A stretch of DNA of 64,000 nt from NCBI GenBank assembly GCA_977020255.1, contig CDROCS010005192.1, positions 1 through 64,000 on the forward strand, given 5' to 3'. Positions within the stretch are counted from its first letter, which is position 1. Each line of letters begins with the position of its first letter. Origin of the DNA: Obrimoposthia wandeli. Its lineage: Eukaryota. Made by a program: the position numbers and the translations under genes. A model generated the notes under the pieces. The model ran no database searches. It was not told the origin of the DNA and saw only the letters and a program-made list of their open reading frames with translations. Of the stretch, positions 11,417 to 21,005 are shown one piece after another.

Positions 11417-11689
11417 ATGGGTGTTCAATTTAATATTGACAATAGTGGAAAAGAACTGACTATTAAGGTTGATGGTCGCTTTGATTTCAGTGCGCATCAA
11501 GAGTTTCGAGATGCCTACGAGGCTATTTCAAGCGATGTTCAGAGTTATGTCGTTGACCTTGGAAGTACTTCCTATCTGAGATATTGGTACTGCTGGTCAT
11601 GCTGGCTATCAAAAATAGTTAAGTGTAATGAAGATGTACGAAAGATTTTGACAATTTCAAATTTTGAACAGCTTTTTACCATTCAATAA
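11417..11689 (+). CDS. STAS anti-anti-sigma factor, HsbA-like (central motif garbled)
   Basis: ELTIKVDGRFDFSAHQEFRDAYE...YVVDL..TSYL and KILTISNFEQLF match the STAS protein found between fliJ and fliK in Pseudomonas. Confidence 0.8.
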   Translation: MGVQFNIDNSGKELTIKVDGRFDFSAHQEFRDAYEAISSDVQSYVVDLGSTSYLRYWYCWSCWLSKIVKCNEDVRKILTISNFEQLFTIQ

Positions 11690-11700
11690 CTGAAGAGCTG

Positions 11701-13367
11701 GTGACCAAAATGAAGATCTTAATTGCTGACGATAATGCTTCAGATAGATTGTTATTAAGTAAAATTATCAGCAAACAAGGCCATGAGGTTATTCAGGCAG
11801 AAAATGGTAAACATGCCATTGACTGTTATGTAAAAGAAGCTCCTGACATTATTCTGATGGACGTTCTCATGCCTGTGCTTGATGGCAAGGGCGCCGCCAA
11901 AGAAATCAAACGCATTGCCGGCGAAGATTTAATCCCCATTATCATTTAACTCTAGCGTTGTTCGCAAAGCCTGAAACTGATTGCTTGCTTAGAGGCAGGT
12001 TGGCGATCAGTTGTTTTTAACCAAGCCTTATAATCCCATTATTCTTAAAGCCAAAATCGATGCTTTTGTACGTATGCGTAATATGCATGCGATTTTGCAA
12101 AAACAGCGCGATACCATTGCTGAGAATAATCAGCACATGGTGCAGGCATCATCGCAAAAGCGGTGTTTAAGATATTAAATATATGCTTATCGCTTTGGCG
12201 GTGTTGTGGTGAAGCCTTCCGGCGGTATGCACGTGCTCCTAGGTGATTTTACGGGGCACGGTTTACCACCGCGATACTTCATAAGTGGCCGAAATATTTT
12301 TATGAGGCCCATGACCGCGAAGGGTTTTGGTCTGCGTAATATTCTGCAAGAAATTAATTCAAAACTTAAATGTTTACATGGTTTTGCTGCGGTTGTCGAT
12401 TTAAGTTTCACCAAACGCAGTATTAGTATCTGGATGGGTGGTGTGCCTGATTGTTATTTATTAAGTGAACATGGCACTAAACTTAAATCGATACGTTCTC
12501 AGCACTTGCCTTTAGGAGTATTAAGCAGTGTGCAGTTTGATGATGAAATGACGGTGCATTCAATGGATGTTGAGGATCGCTTATTTATGTGGTCGGATGG
12601 CATTGTTGAAGCTAGGGATGGCGGTGGCAATATGTTTGGAGAGGAGCGCTTAAAAGCTTGATCTTTGAATTAAAAGGCATTTAACCCAGAGCTATTATTT
12701 GAAGCGGTTAAAGAGAGTGTTAGTGCTTTTGTTGGCGATACGGAAAGAGATGATTGTGCAATTATTGAGCTAGAAATGGTAGAAGAGGCAGTAGGCAATC
12801 GGGGAGTTTAGTCTCTCATCACGGGAGGCCGCTGACAGCTCCTAGTGATTGGAAAATAGAATATGAATTGGGCGTTGATTCATTAAAGAATTTCAATCCA
12901 TTGCCTTTGGTTATGCACATTTTATTATGATGGGGTTCCACATTAAGAGATCGATGGGGGGGGGCAACTGACTAGTCGTATCTGGTGTTTTCCTAATGAG
13001 CACGGACTGCTTAGTGGGATTCGAAGCCCAAATCAGCTTGGCCGGCTTTGCTGAGTTTTATACCTTACGTGAACAGCATTTGAACAATTTGAGCGCGGGA
13101 TTTATCAAAATTAAAATGGCTCATACTTCAGAAAATGGACGCTCGGGTATTTTTCTGCTGTGTATTGAAGACAGTGGTAAGGGGTTTGATTACTCACAAA
13201 TCTCTACTCAAAACCAATTGAAGATTGATAGCAAAGCCGAAGGCGCGAATAAGTACTGTGGTCGCGGTATACCTTTAATTCATTCATTATGTCATTCATT
13301 AGAGTACATGGGGTGTGGTAATAACGTAGTCGCAGAGATACACTGGCCGCAGAAAAATACTGTGTAG
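11701..13367 (+). CDS. Response regulator with REC + PP2C phosphatase + HATPase (anti-sigma kinase) domains, HsbR-like (several frameshifts)
   Basis: REC (IADDN, LMDVLMP), PP2C (LGDFTGHG, HLPLG, MWSDGIVEA..FGEERL), HATPase (IEDSGKGFD, YCGRGIPLI). Confidence 0.85.
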
Positions 13368-13383
13368 TAATTAGGAGTTAGGT

Positions 13384-13728
13384 TTGGACAGAACATCTCA
13401 TTTTGATACTGAAGCACTCGCGATGCTAGAAGAAATTATGGAAGATGATTTTCCTGAATTAATCCAGGTATTTATCGCCGATTCCGATCCTAGAGTGCCT
13501 GCTATACAGAGCGCGTTAGATGAAAAAAATAGCGTTATGTTAAGAGATATTGCACACAGTTTTAAAGGGGCTTCGAGTAATTTATCGGCACTACCTTTGG
13601 CGGATATCTGTTTTAAAATAGAAGAAAAAGCACGGGATGCTAATTTTGAAGGCATTCAATCGTTAATCGCGGCGACTGATACTGAATATCAAGCGGTTAA
13701 ATCTATATTGTTATCTCTTATCAAATAA
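13384..13728 (+). CDS. Stand-alone histidine phosphotransfer protein, HptB-like
   Basis: Hpt motif LRDIAHSFKGASSNL; follows the HsbR-like gene and precedes fliK. Confidence 0.88.
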   Translation: MDRTSHFDTEALAMLEEIMEDDFPELIQVFIADSDPRVPAIQSALDEKNSVMLRDIAHSFKGASSNLSALPLADICFKIEEKARDANFEGIQSLIAATDTEYQAVKSILLSLIK

Positions 13729-13750
13729 TTTCTTATATTTCCTACTGAGT

Positions 13751-13766
13751 TGGCCCACCCTTTGCT
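13751..13766 (+). promoter_or_regulatory. sigma-54 promoter of fliK
   Basis: TGGCCC-ACCCT-TTGCT; -24 GG / -12 GC spacing correct. Confidence 0.75.
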
Positions 13767-13795
13767 CTTACTAATTAAGATCAATGGGAGCGACT

Positions 13796-15166
13796 ATGGA
13801 AACTCAACCAACTCAAAACAGCTTAATGCAAATTTTCACCAGTCTAGGCTTGGCTACGAATAATTCGTTAACAGCTCTGGAAGGTGAAAACCCAGAGGGT
13901 AAAGGCTTTGCGAGCTTACTATCAGGTTACCTTCCGAACGGGGCAGATGATGGGCTGACTGGCATAGACTCTAATTTACTTCCCTCGCAGGTGGCGACGA
14001 ATACTGATTTAGCAGCAGTAGATACTGCCTCTTTAATGGATGAAAGTTTGCCGCTATTAGGACAAGCTTTGCCGCTAGAGCAGATTGCTTCACCACTGGC
14101 AGTGATAAATCCTTTAACCGCTGAACAAGCTGCTACTGTTCCAACATCAGGACTAGCAGAAAGGGCCTCTTATAAAACTCCTCTCACTCCTGCCCTTAGC
14201 AAGGTTGATGAAAGTGATTCTACTGACAGTGATGCATCGACTCAGGCATTAGCAGATCAAGGCTTTTATGCTCAATCTTTAGTTTCTAGCTTAATCGGTA
14301 ACGCTGCTGGGATAAAAATGAATGCGGTAGAAACTACTAATAATTCTCTGCCATTAGTTGATGACTCACTTAAAGCTGTTCATGTGATGCCGCAGCAAGT
14401 CAATAATGGTATTAATTCACAGAACTTAACGGCTAGTGAATTGGATGAAATGAGTGATGAGGCAACTGATCGCTTTCTTGGCGCAGAGCCCGCATTGAAT
14501 GCATCAAAACCTAAAAAATTAGCCGGACTTGAAGTATTTCCCACCCCACAGGCTAGCGTACCGCTAACTACCCTCAATCCAAGTGCGGTGGAGGCTAGTG
14601 TGAGCCTAGCCCTTGCCCTAAACGAAGACCCAACGACTCAATCTTTGGATGAAATGATTGATGGTGAGGTGATCGAGAAAAGTGAAGCTGAAGCAAAGCT
14701 CACAACCTTAGAGCGTAAGCAAGATGATCAAACGTTAAAGTTATCTAAGGGTCAGCAGGCTTGGGGGGAAGCATTAACTGAGCGTATTACGATGAATGCG
14801 GCCAAAGATATTAAGCAGGTTACGATTCATCTAGATCCTCCTGAGTTGGGCAGCTTAGAGCTGAAATTGCAGGTGAAAGAAGATCAGCAAACTCATGTGC
14901 ATGTTCAGGTTCATAATCCACAAGTTAAGGAGGCATTAGAAAGCAGTGCCCATCGCTTACGTGAGATGCTTGCTAACCAAGGATTAGAACTTTCCGAATT
15001 CGATGTGCAAACAGACTCCGGCAGGGGTGAGCAGTCAGCATTTGGTGCTAATGAGCAAGGCCAAGGACAATCACAAGATTCTGACGCTTCTGACAATTCA
15101 GCGGAAGAAATCAGTGTAGAAATCCCGAAAGCAAAAAATAATAACTTATTAGATACCTTTGTCTAA
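13796..15166 (+). CDS. fliK: Flagellar hook-length control protein FliK
   Basis: Low-complexity N-terminus plus T3S4 domain (VTIHLDPPELGSLEL...LREMLANQGLEL). GGAG RBS before ATG 13796; alternative start 13784. Confidence 0.9.
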   Translation: METQPTQNSLMQIFTSLGLATNNSLTALEGENPEGKGFASLLSGYLPNGADDGLTGIDSNLLPSQVATNTDLAAVDTASLMDESLPLLGQALPLEQIASPLAVINPLTAEQAATVPTSGLAERASYKTPLTPALSKVDESDSTDSDASTQALADQGFYAQSLVSSLIGNAAGIKMNAVETTNNSLPLVDDSLKAVHVMPQQVNNGINSQNLTASELDEMSDEATDRFLGAEPALNASKPKKLAGLEVFPTPQASVPLTTLNPSAVEASVSLALALNEDPTTQSLDEMIDGEVIEKSEAEAKLTTLERKQDDQTLKLSKGQQAWGEALTERITMNAAKDIKQVTIHLDPPELGSLELKLQVKEDQQTHVHVQVHNPQVKEALESSAHRLREMLANQGLELSEFDVQTDSGRGEQSAFGANEQGQGQSQDSDASDNSAEEISVEIPKAKNNNLLDTFV

Positions 15167-15199
15167 CTCCTCTCCATACCTTGTCTAAGCTGTCTATAG

Positions 15200-15224
15200 G
15201 GCCTGTTATTAATAATAACAGGCC
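15200..15224. terminator. Perfect 11-bp inverted repeat after fliK (terminator-like, or operator upstream of the fliL promoter)
   Basis: GGCCTGTTATT-AAT-AATAACAGGCC; no clear U-tract. Confidence 0.45.
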
Positions 15225-15260
15225 TGTAAATAGAGCATCCATTTTTTTGACGTAAAAACA

Positions 15261-15276
15261 TGGCATGCGTATTGCT
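15261..15276 (+). promoter_or_regulatory. sigma-54 promoter of the fliLMNOPQR-flhB operon
   Basis: TGGCAT-GCGTA-TTGCT, near-consensus, 32 nt before the fliL ATG. Confidence 0.85.
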
Positions 15277-15308
15277 ATTTTGACTATAAGTATCGGAGAA
15301 CTGACGTT

Positions 15309-15836
15309 ATGGCTGCAGAACAAGATTTGAAGCTCGATCAAGACACTGTTGAAGAAACGGGCGGCGGTAAGAAAAAACTGATCATTATTGTGGTTGCATC
15401 GGTATTGCTGATTGCGATTGCCGTAGGGGTGACGATTTTTTTAATGTCTGGTGATAGTGAAGGCGAAGAAGATGCCGTTGCTGAAGGTGAAGCAGCAGAG
15501 GTAGTTGAAGAAGTCGCTGCTCCTGCCCAGTATATAAAAATGAAGCCAAGATTTATCGTCAATTTTAATGTCGGTACTCGCCAGCGATTTTTACAAGCCA
15601 GCATAGAAATTATGACCCGCTCGCAAGCTGTTGTCGATGCAGGATTGATTACAACCCATGTTGCATGTTCAATCGTCAGCTTATTATCTGAACAAGATTT
15701 TAAGCATTTACGCACACCAGAAGGTCGAAACGAGCTTAAAGCGTTGCTGCAAGATAGATTGGCTGCAGTGTTAAAAGCGGAGGCGGATATTGAAGGCATA
15801 GAAGCCGTTTTATTCACTGACTTTGTGATGCAATAG
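15309..15836 (+). CDS. fliL: Flagellar basal body protein FliL
   Basis: KKKLIIIVV TM anchor, FIVNF, RFLQASIEIMTR, VLFTDFVMQ. Confidence 0.93.
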   Translation: MAAEQDLKLDQDTVEETGGGKKKLIIIVVASVLLIAIAVGVTIFLMSGDSEGEEDAVAEGEAAEVVEEVAAPAQYIKMKPRFIVNFNVGTRQRFLQASIEIMTRSQAVVDAGLITTHVACSIVSLLSEQDFKHLRTPEGRNELKALLQDRLAAVLKAEADIEGIEAVLFTDFVMQ

Positions 15837-15845
15837 GGAAAACGC

Positions 15846-16820
15846 GTGCAAGACTTATTAAGCCAAGACGAGATTGATGCCCTATTACATGGTGTTGATG
15901 ATGTAGATGACGAGCCCGAATCGGATATCGATGCTGCGGGTGTTAAGGCTTACGATATTACCAGTAACGACCGCATCGTACGTGGTCGTATGCCAACACT
16001 GGAAATGATCAATGAACGTTTTGCCCGCTATACCCGAATTAGTATGTTTAATTTTTTGCGCCGCAGTGCCGATGTTGCATCGGGTGGCGTACAAATAATG
16101 AAGTTTGGCGAATACGTTCATACGTTGTATGTGCCGACCAGTTTGAATCTTGTGAAAATCCGTCCTCTTAGAGGAACTTCGTTGTTTATATTAGACGCCA
16201 AGCTTGTGTTTAAGTTAGTGGATAACTTTTTTGGCGGTGATGGGCGTCATGCCAGAGAAGTGAAAGGTCGATGGTACCCAACGAGGGGATTCGAGTGATT
16301 CAGTTGGTGCTGGCTCAGGTTTTTAAGGATTATAAAGAGGCGTGGAGTACTATTTTAGATGCCGATTTTGAATACGTGGGTTCGGAAGTAAACCCTGCGA
16401 TGGCCAATATTGTAAGTCCTTCTGAAGTGGTTGTGGTCAGTACTTTTCACATCGAGCTGGATGGCGGCGGCGGTGATATGCACATCACTGTGCCGTATTC
16501 TGAATCACATTCACAGAAACCCTTGATGCAGGTAAATACCAGAGTGAATCAGTAGTGATCAGTGATGATCGCTGGCAGCAATCGTTACGAGAAGATATTT
16601 TGAATGCCAAGGTCTCTGTGCATGGCACGGTGGTGAGCACGAGTTAGTTACGAAGTAGCCGCCGGTGAAGCAGGGGATATTGCTTATTATTCCTATTGAT
16701 ATGCCAGAGTTCTTCACTTTGGAAGCTCAGGGAGTTCCGATGTTTAAAGGTAAACTGGGTGTTTCTGATGAAAACCTAGCCGTTAAAATTATTGAACAAC
16801 TTAACCATAAGCGACGCTAG
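15846..16820 (+). CDS. fliM: Flagellar motor switch protein FliM (frameshifted/garbled ~16255-16700)
   Basis: DLLSQDEIDALL, RGRMPTLEMINERFAR, VNPAMANIVSPSEVVVVS. SpoA-domain remnant FKGKLGVSDENLAVKII ends at TAG 16820. Confidence 0.92.
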
Positions 16821-16840
16821 TTCGTTGTTAGGGGGATATT

Positions 16841-17458
16841 ATGAGCGATGACTCTCAAGACGAGAATGAAAACACACCAGAAAATGAAAATGCTGCGGAA
16901 GGTGAAAGCTCAGCAAATAATGAACCGGAGATTAATCCTAATGACATCGATATTGATGCTTTAGTTGGCGATGTTGCTGCTGGGGTTGAGGATGCCGGTG
17001 AAGACGGTGCTAGCGACGACAGCGATGAAGCCGTGACGGATGATTGGGCAGCAGCGATGGCTGAAGACCCTACGACTGAAGAGGCTGGTCGGATCGATGA
17101 TGAGTGGGGCGATGCTATGGCGGAAGAAGCTGATACCGTTCAGCAAGCTAAATTAGATCCGCTCACAGATGATAGTCAACCCGTTACCGATCATTTGACC
17201 CCCGAGCTGGATGTTATTTTAGATATTCCTGTTTCTATTTCGATGGAAGTGGGTCGTACTGAAATTCCCATTCGCAACTTGCTGCAATTAAATCAAGGCT
17301 CAGTGGTTGAGCTAGACCGTCTTGCGGGTGAGCCACTGGATGTTTTGGTCAACGGTACTTTGATTGCACACGGCGAAGTGGTGATGGTGAATGATAAATT
17401 TGGTATACGTTTAACGGATGTGGTGAGCCAAAGTGAAAGAATTCAACGCTTACGTTAA
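16841..17458 (+). CDS. fliN: Flagellar motor switch protein FliN with long acidic N-terminal region
   Basis: LDVILDIPVSISMEVGRTEIPIRNLLQLNQGSVVELDRLAGEPLDV...FGIRLTDV. Confidence 0.95.
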   Translation: MSDDSQDENENTPENENAAEGESSANNEPEINPNDIDIDALVGDVAAGVEDAGEDGASDDSDEAVTDDWAAAMAEDPTTEEAGRIDDEWGDAMAEEADTVQQAKLDPLTDDSQPVTDHLTPELDVILDIPVSISMEVGRTEIPIRNLLQLNQGSVVELDRLAGEPLDVLVNGTLIAHGEVVMVNDKFGIRLTDVVSQSERIQRLR

Positions 17459-17465
17459 GCAAAAA

Positions 17466-17897
17466 ATGATTCAGGGTTTTGGCTTTCTTCTTTGTTGGAT
17501 GCCGTTATGGCTGCAAGCAGAAGATGCATTAACTCAAACGCCATTACCCTCTGACCCTATGTCTTCTATTGGTCGAGTTGTCTTTACTTTGGCCGGTATG
17601 ATTGCCTTGATTTTTCTCTTGGCTTATTTTGCCAAGCGCTTACAAGGCATGAGTCGTTCGAATGTTGGCGGCTTTTCTGGACAGGGAAAGTTGATTAAAA
17701 CGTTGGCAACAACCTCTATCGGATTAAAAGAAAAGATTTCTCTTATTCAGGTCGGCGACCAACAGTTATTAATTGGTATTACTCCCCAGTCTATTCAGAC
17801 GTTATTGGTACTTGAAACGCCGATTCAGCAAGAAGATATTGAGCAGCAAACGCCTGTTTTTCAAGCCATCCTAAAAAAGGCATTAAATAAGGCATGA
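17466..17897 (+). CDS. fliO: Flagellar protein FliO
   Basis: TM segment, then [26 protein letters not shown]; lies between fliN and fliP. Confidence 0.88.
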   Translation: MIQGFGFLLCWMPLWLQAEDALTQTPLPSDPMSSIGRVVFTLAGMIALIFLLAYFAKRLQGMSRSNVGGFSGQGKLIKTLATTSIGLKEKISLIQVGDQQLLIGITPQSIQTLLVLETPIQQEDIEQQTPVFQAILKKALNKA

Positions 17898-18637
17898 GAT
17901 ATTGTAGCGCGCTACTTTTATTATTGTTCCCTCTGATTAGTTTTGCCGATATTAATGCATTGGGAATTCCTGCAGTCACGTTTCAGCAAACGGACACGGG
18001 TGGGGAATATACAGTAACCATTCAGATTCTAGCGTTAATGACGCTATTGAGTTTGTTGCCTGCAATAATTATGATGATGACGGCGTTTACCCGAATAATT
18101 GTTGTATTGGCAATTCTTCGTCAGGCTTTGGGTTTACAGCAAACCCCTTCTAACCAAGTTGTTTTAGGGATGTCTATTTTTCTCACCGCTTTTATTATGA
18201 TGCCGGTATTTGAAAAAGTGAATGAAGTGGCGATTCAGCCTTATATCAATCAAACCATTCAACCGTTAGAAGCGTTACAGCGAGCTTCAGAGCCAATGAA
18301 AGAATTTATGTTGGCGCAAACCCGCGAAACAGATTTGAATCTTTTTGTAAGAATATCTGGCAGAAAAGATTTATTAAGTCCTGATGAAACCCCCTTGCAT
18401 ATATTGATCCCGGCCTTTGTTACCAGTGAATTAAAGACGGCCTTTCAAATTGGATTTTTAATATTTATCCCCTTCCTTATTATTGACCTTGTAGTTGCCA
18501 GTATTCTAATGGCGATGGGGATGATGATGCTATCACCGATTATTATTTCGTTGCCGTTTAAAATAATGTTGTTTGTATTGATTGATGGTTGGGCCTTAGT
18601 TATGGGTACTTTAGCGAACAGTTTCGGTACGATTTAA
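17894..18637 (+). CDS. fliP: Flagellar export gate protein FliP
   Basis: [42 protein letters not shown]. Confidence 0.97.
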   Translation: MRYCSALLLLLFPLISFADINALGIPAVTFQQTDTGGEYTVTIQILALMTLLSLLPAIIMMMTAFTRIIVVLAILRQALGLQQTPSNQVVLGMSIFLTAFIMMPVFEKVNEVAIQPYINQTIQPLEALQRASEPMKEFMLAQTRETDLNLFVRISGRKDLLSPDETPLHILIPAFVTSELKTAFQIGFLIFIPFLIIDLVVASILMAMGMMMLSPIIISLPFKIMLFVLIDGWALVMGTLANSFGTI

Positions 18638-18659
18638 TCGTTATAAATAAGGAGGCAGT

Positions 18660-18929
18660 ATGGGAGTAGAGCAAATAGGTGATTTATTTTCACAGGCTTT
18701 ATTTATTATTGTTACCATCGTTTTTGTTATGGTAATCCCTAGTCTTGTCGTGGGTTTGGTCGTAGCAACGTTTCAGGCTGCAACACAAATTAACGAGCAA
18801 ACCTTGAGTTTTTTACCGCGTCTAATTATTACTCTAATAAGTCTAATTTTCTTTGGTTCTTGGGCGGTGAATAAAGTTGTTGAATTTACCTTGGGGATTT
18901 ATACCAATATCCCCTTTCTGGTGGGCTAA
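18660..18929 (+). CDS. fliQ: Flagellar export gate protein FliQ
   Basis: FQAATQINEQTLSFLPR. Confidence 0.96.
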   Translation: MGVEQIGDLFSQALFIIVTIVFVMVIPSLVVGLVVATFQAATQINEQTLSFLPRLIITLISLIFFGSWAVNKVVEFTLGIYTNIPFLVG

Positions 18930-18940
18930 CTTTTTTATCT

Positions 18941-19720
18941 ATGTTGGAATTTACTGCATTAGAATTAAACGGCTGGGTAAGCCAATACTTTTATCCCTTC
19001 GCCCGCATTGCCGGCTGCTTAGGGGTAATGCCTTTATTGGGCAGTAAATTAGTGCCGCGACAAATACGCATTTTATTATCGGTTTTCATTACCTTAATTA
19101 TTGCGCCTTTATTACCGCCTATGCCCAATGTTGAACCCATGTCTATGGCGTCTTTTATTCTTATCTTTCAGCAAATGTTGATCGGTATTGTACTGGGTTT
19201 TATGGTGGAAATAGTAACCCAAGTTTTTGTTTTGGCAGGGCAATTAATCGCGATGCAAACCGGCTTGGGTATTGCTACAACGGTTGATCCGGCTCAAGGG
19301 GTTTCTGTGGTGGTAGTCAGCCAATGGTTTCTATTTTTAACCAGTCTTACTTTCTTGGCGCTCAATGGACATTTAATTGTAATAGAAGTGGTGGTTGAAA
19401 GTTTTTATACCATGCCTATTGGTAGTGGCGCTTGGAGTGCTGATGACTACGGCAGAATGGTACGTTGGGGAGGTTGGATGTTTGCTTCGGCTTTAGTGAT
19501 AGCACTGCCAGCATTAACGTCGTTATTAATCGTTAACTTTGCTTTTGGTGTGATGACGCGAGCAGCACCACAGTTGAATATTTTCTCTTTAGGTTTTCCG
19601 GTCACTATGCTGGTTGGTCTGGCTATTATTTGGCTCACCATTGGCCAGCTAGGAGATAGTTTCCATACTTTATTGGAAACATTGTTTGAGTTTTTACGTG
19701 CGTTAATTCGAACACCATAG
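18941..19720 (+). CDS. fliR: Flagellar export gate protein FliR
   Basis: AGQLIAMQTGLG, ALNGHL, RAAPQLNIFSLGFP. Confidence 0.96.
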   Translation: MLEFTALELNGWVSQYFYPFARIAGCLGVMPLLGSKLVPRQIRILLSVFITLIIAPLLPPMPNVEPMSMASFILIFQQMLIGIVLGFMVEIVTQVFVLAGQLIAMQTGLGIATTVDPAQGVSVVVVSQWFLFLTSLTFLALNGHLIVIEVVVESFYTMPIGSGAWSADDYGRMVRWGGWMFASALVIALPALTSLLIVNFAFGVMTRAAPQLNIFSLGFPVTMLVGLAIIWLTIGQLGDSFHTLLETLFEFLRALIRTP

Positions 19721-19753
19721 CCGCATTGAAGGCCACGTTATTGGAGCCTTATT

Positions 19754-20902
19754 ATGGCTGATGAAGACAGCAGTCAAGAAAAAACAGAGGAACCCACCGA
19801 GCGAAAAATCCAGAAATCGAAAGAGGATGGACAAACCGCTCGCTCAAAAGAACTCAATACAACAGCTATTTTATTATTCGGTGCTTTAGGCTTAGTCGCG
19901 TTTGGCCCTTATATGAGTGATAAAATTTATCACATTGCACGTTTCAATCTTGATGTAGAGCGAGCTGCTTTTTTTGATACCAGTTATATGTTTAGTCACA
20001 TGTCGGCTTCCATGTGGGAAGCGATTGCAGCCTTGGTGCCTTGGTTTATTCTGGTTTTAATTGCGGCGTTCTTATCGCCTTTGGGTGTAGGTGGCTGGCT
20101 GTTCAGTACCAAGGCGTTAGCACCAAAAATGTCACGTATCAGCCCTTTGGCAGGTATAAAACGGATGTTTTCGGCTAACTCGCTGGTGGAGTTATTTAAA
20201 GCCTGGGGTAAAGTTTTAGTGGTGGGGACTTGTGCTTATTTTGTAATTTCGTTCTATTTTCAAGATGCAATGGATTTACAAAATGCCGCAGTGCGGCCAG
20301 CGATAAAGCGTTCGACTGAAATAGTATTATGGGCTGCGGTGATCTTATGTGCCTCGACCTTGATTATTGCGATGATCGATGTGCCTTGGCAAATTTATAG
20401 TCATACCAAAAAACTGCGTATGTCTTTGCAAGAAATTAAAGATGAATTTAAAGATACCGAAGGTAAGCCTGAAGTGAAGGGCCGTATTCGTCAAATGCAA
20501 AGGGAAGCAGCTCAGCGTCGTATGATGGGCGCAGTACCCGATGCGGATGTGGTTATTACCAACCCAACTCATTACGCCGTGGCATTAAAATACAGTGGGG
20601 GGACAGGTGCTCCGATCGTCGTTGCTAAAGGTATCGAAGAAACCGCGCTTAAAATTCGAGAAATCGCCAAAGAACATAACGTTCCGCAAATGGAAGCGCC
20701 GCCGTTAGCCCGTGCGATTTATGCACATACTCGCATTGATGATGAGATTCCTGAAGGTTTGTACGTCGCAGTTGCACAAGTGCTGGCTTACATTTATCAG
20801 GTTGATCAATATGCTAAAGGACAGGGCGCTAAGCCTGATCGCCGTCCTGCCATGCCAATTCCAAAAGATTTACGCGTAGATCCTAATGTCGACAAAAAAT
20901 AA
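19754..20902 (+). CDS. flhB: Flagellar export switch protein FlhB
   Basis: EKTEEPT, EGKPEVKGRIR, autocleavage motif NPTH. Confidence 0.97.
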   Translation: MADEDSSQEKTEEPTERKIQKSKEDGQTARSKELNTTAILLFGALGLVAFGPYMSDKIYHIARFNLDVERAAFFDTSYMFSHMSASMWEAIAALVPWFILVLIAAFLSPLGVGGWLFSTKALAPKMSRISPLAGIKRMFSANSLVELFKAWGKVLVVGTCAYFVISFYFQDAMDLQNAAVRPAIKRSTEIVLWAAVILCASTLIIAMIDVPWQIYSHTKKLRMSLQEIKDEFKDTEGKPEVKGRIRQMQREAAQRRMMGAVPDADVVITNPTHYAVALKYSGGTGAPIVVAKGIEETALKIREIAKEHNVPQMEAPPLARAIYAHTRIDDEIPEGLYVAVAQVLAYIYQVDQYAKGQGAKPDRRPAMPIPKDLRVDPNVDKK

Positions 20903-21005
20903 CTTATTTTATAAAAAATACTGATAAAACATAAAGTGTGCACCCTTCTTGCAAATAGAGTCATTAACGTCAATTTATTTGCACTTTTTTTGCAGTAGGG
21001 TATTT

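Noticed and set aside
11560-11625. Apparent loss of the phosphorylatable DSS motif in the HsbA-like STAS
   Set aside because: The segment is garbled (YWYCWSCW) inside the error-rich zone; it cannot be trusted without reads.
20938-20953. sigma-54 promoter for flhA (GTGCAC-CCTTC-TTGCA)
   Set aside because: The invariant -24 GG reads TG; position is plausible, but it is not supportable as written.
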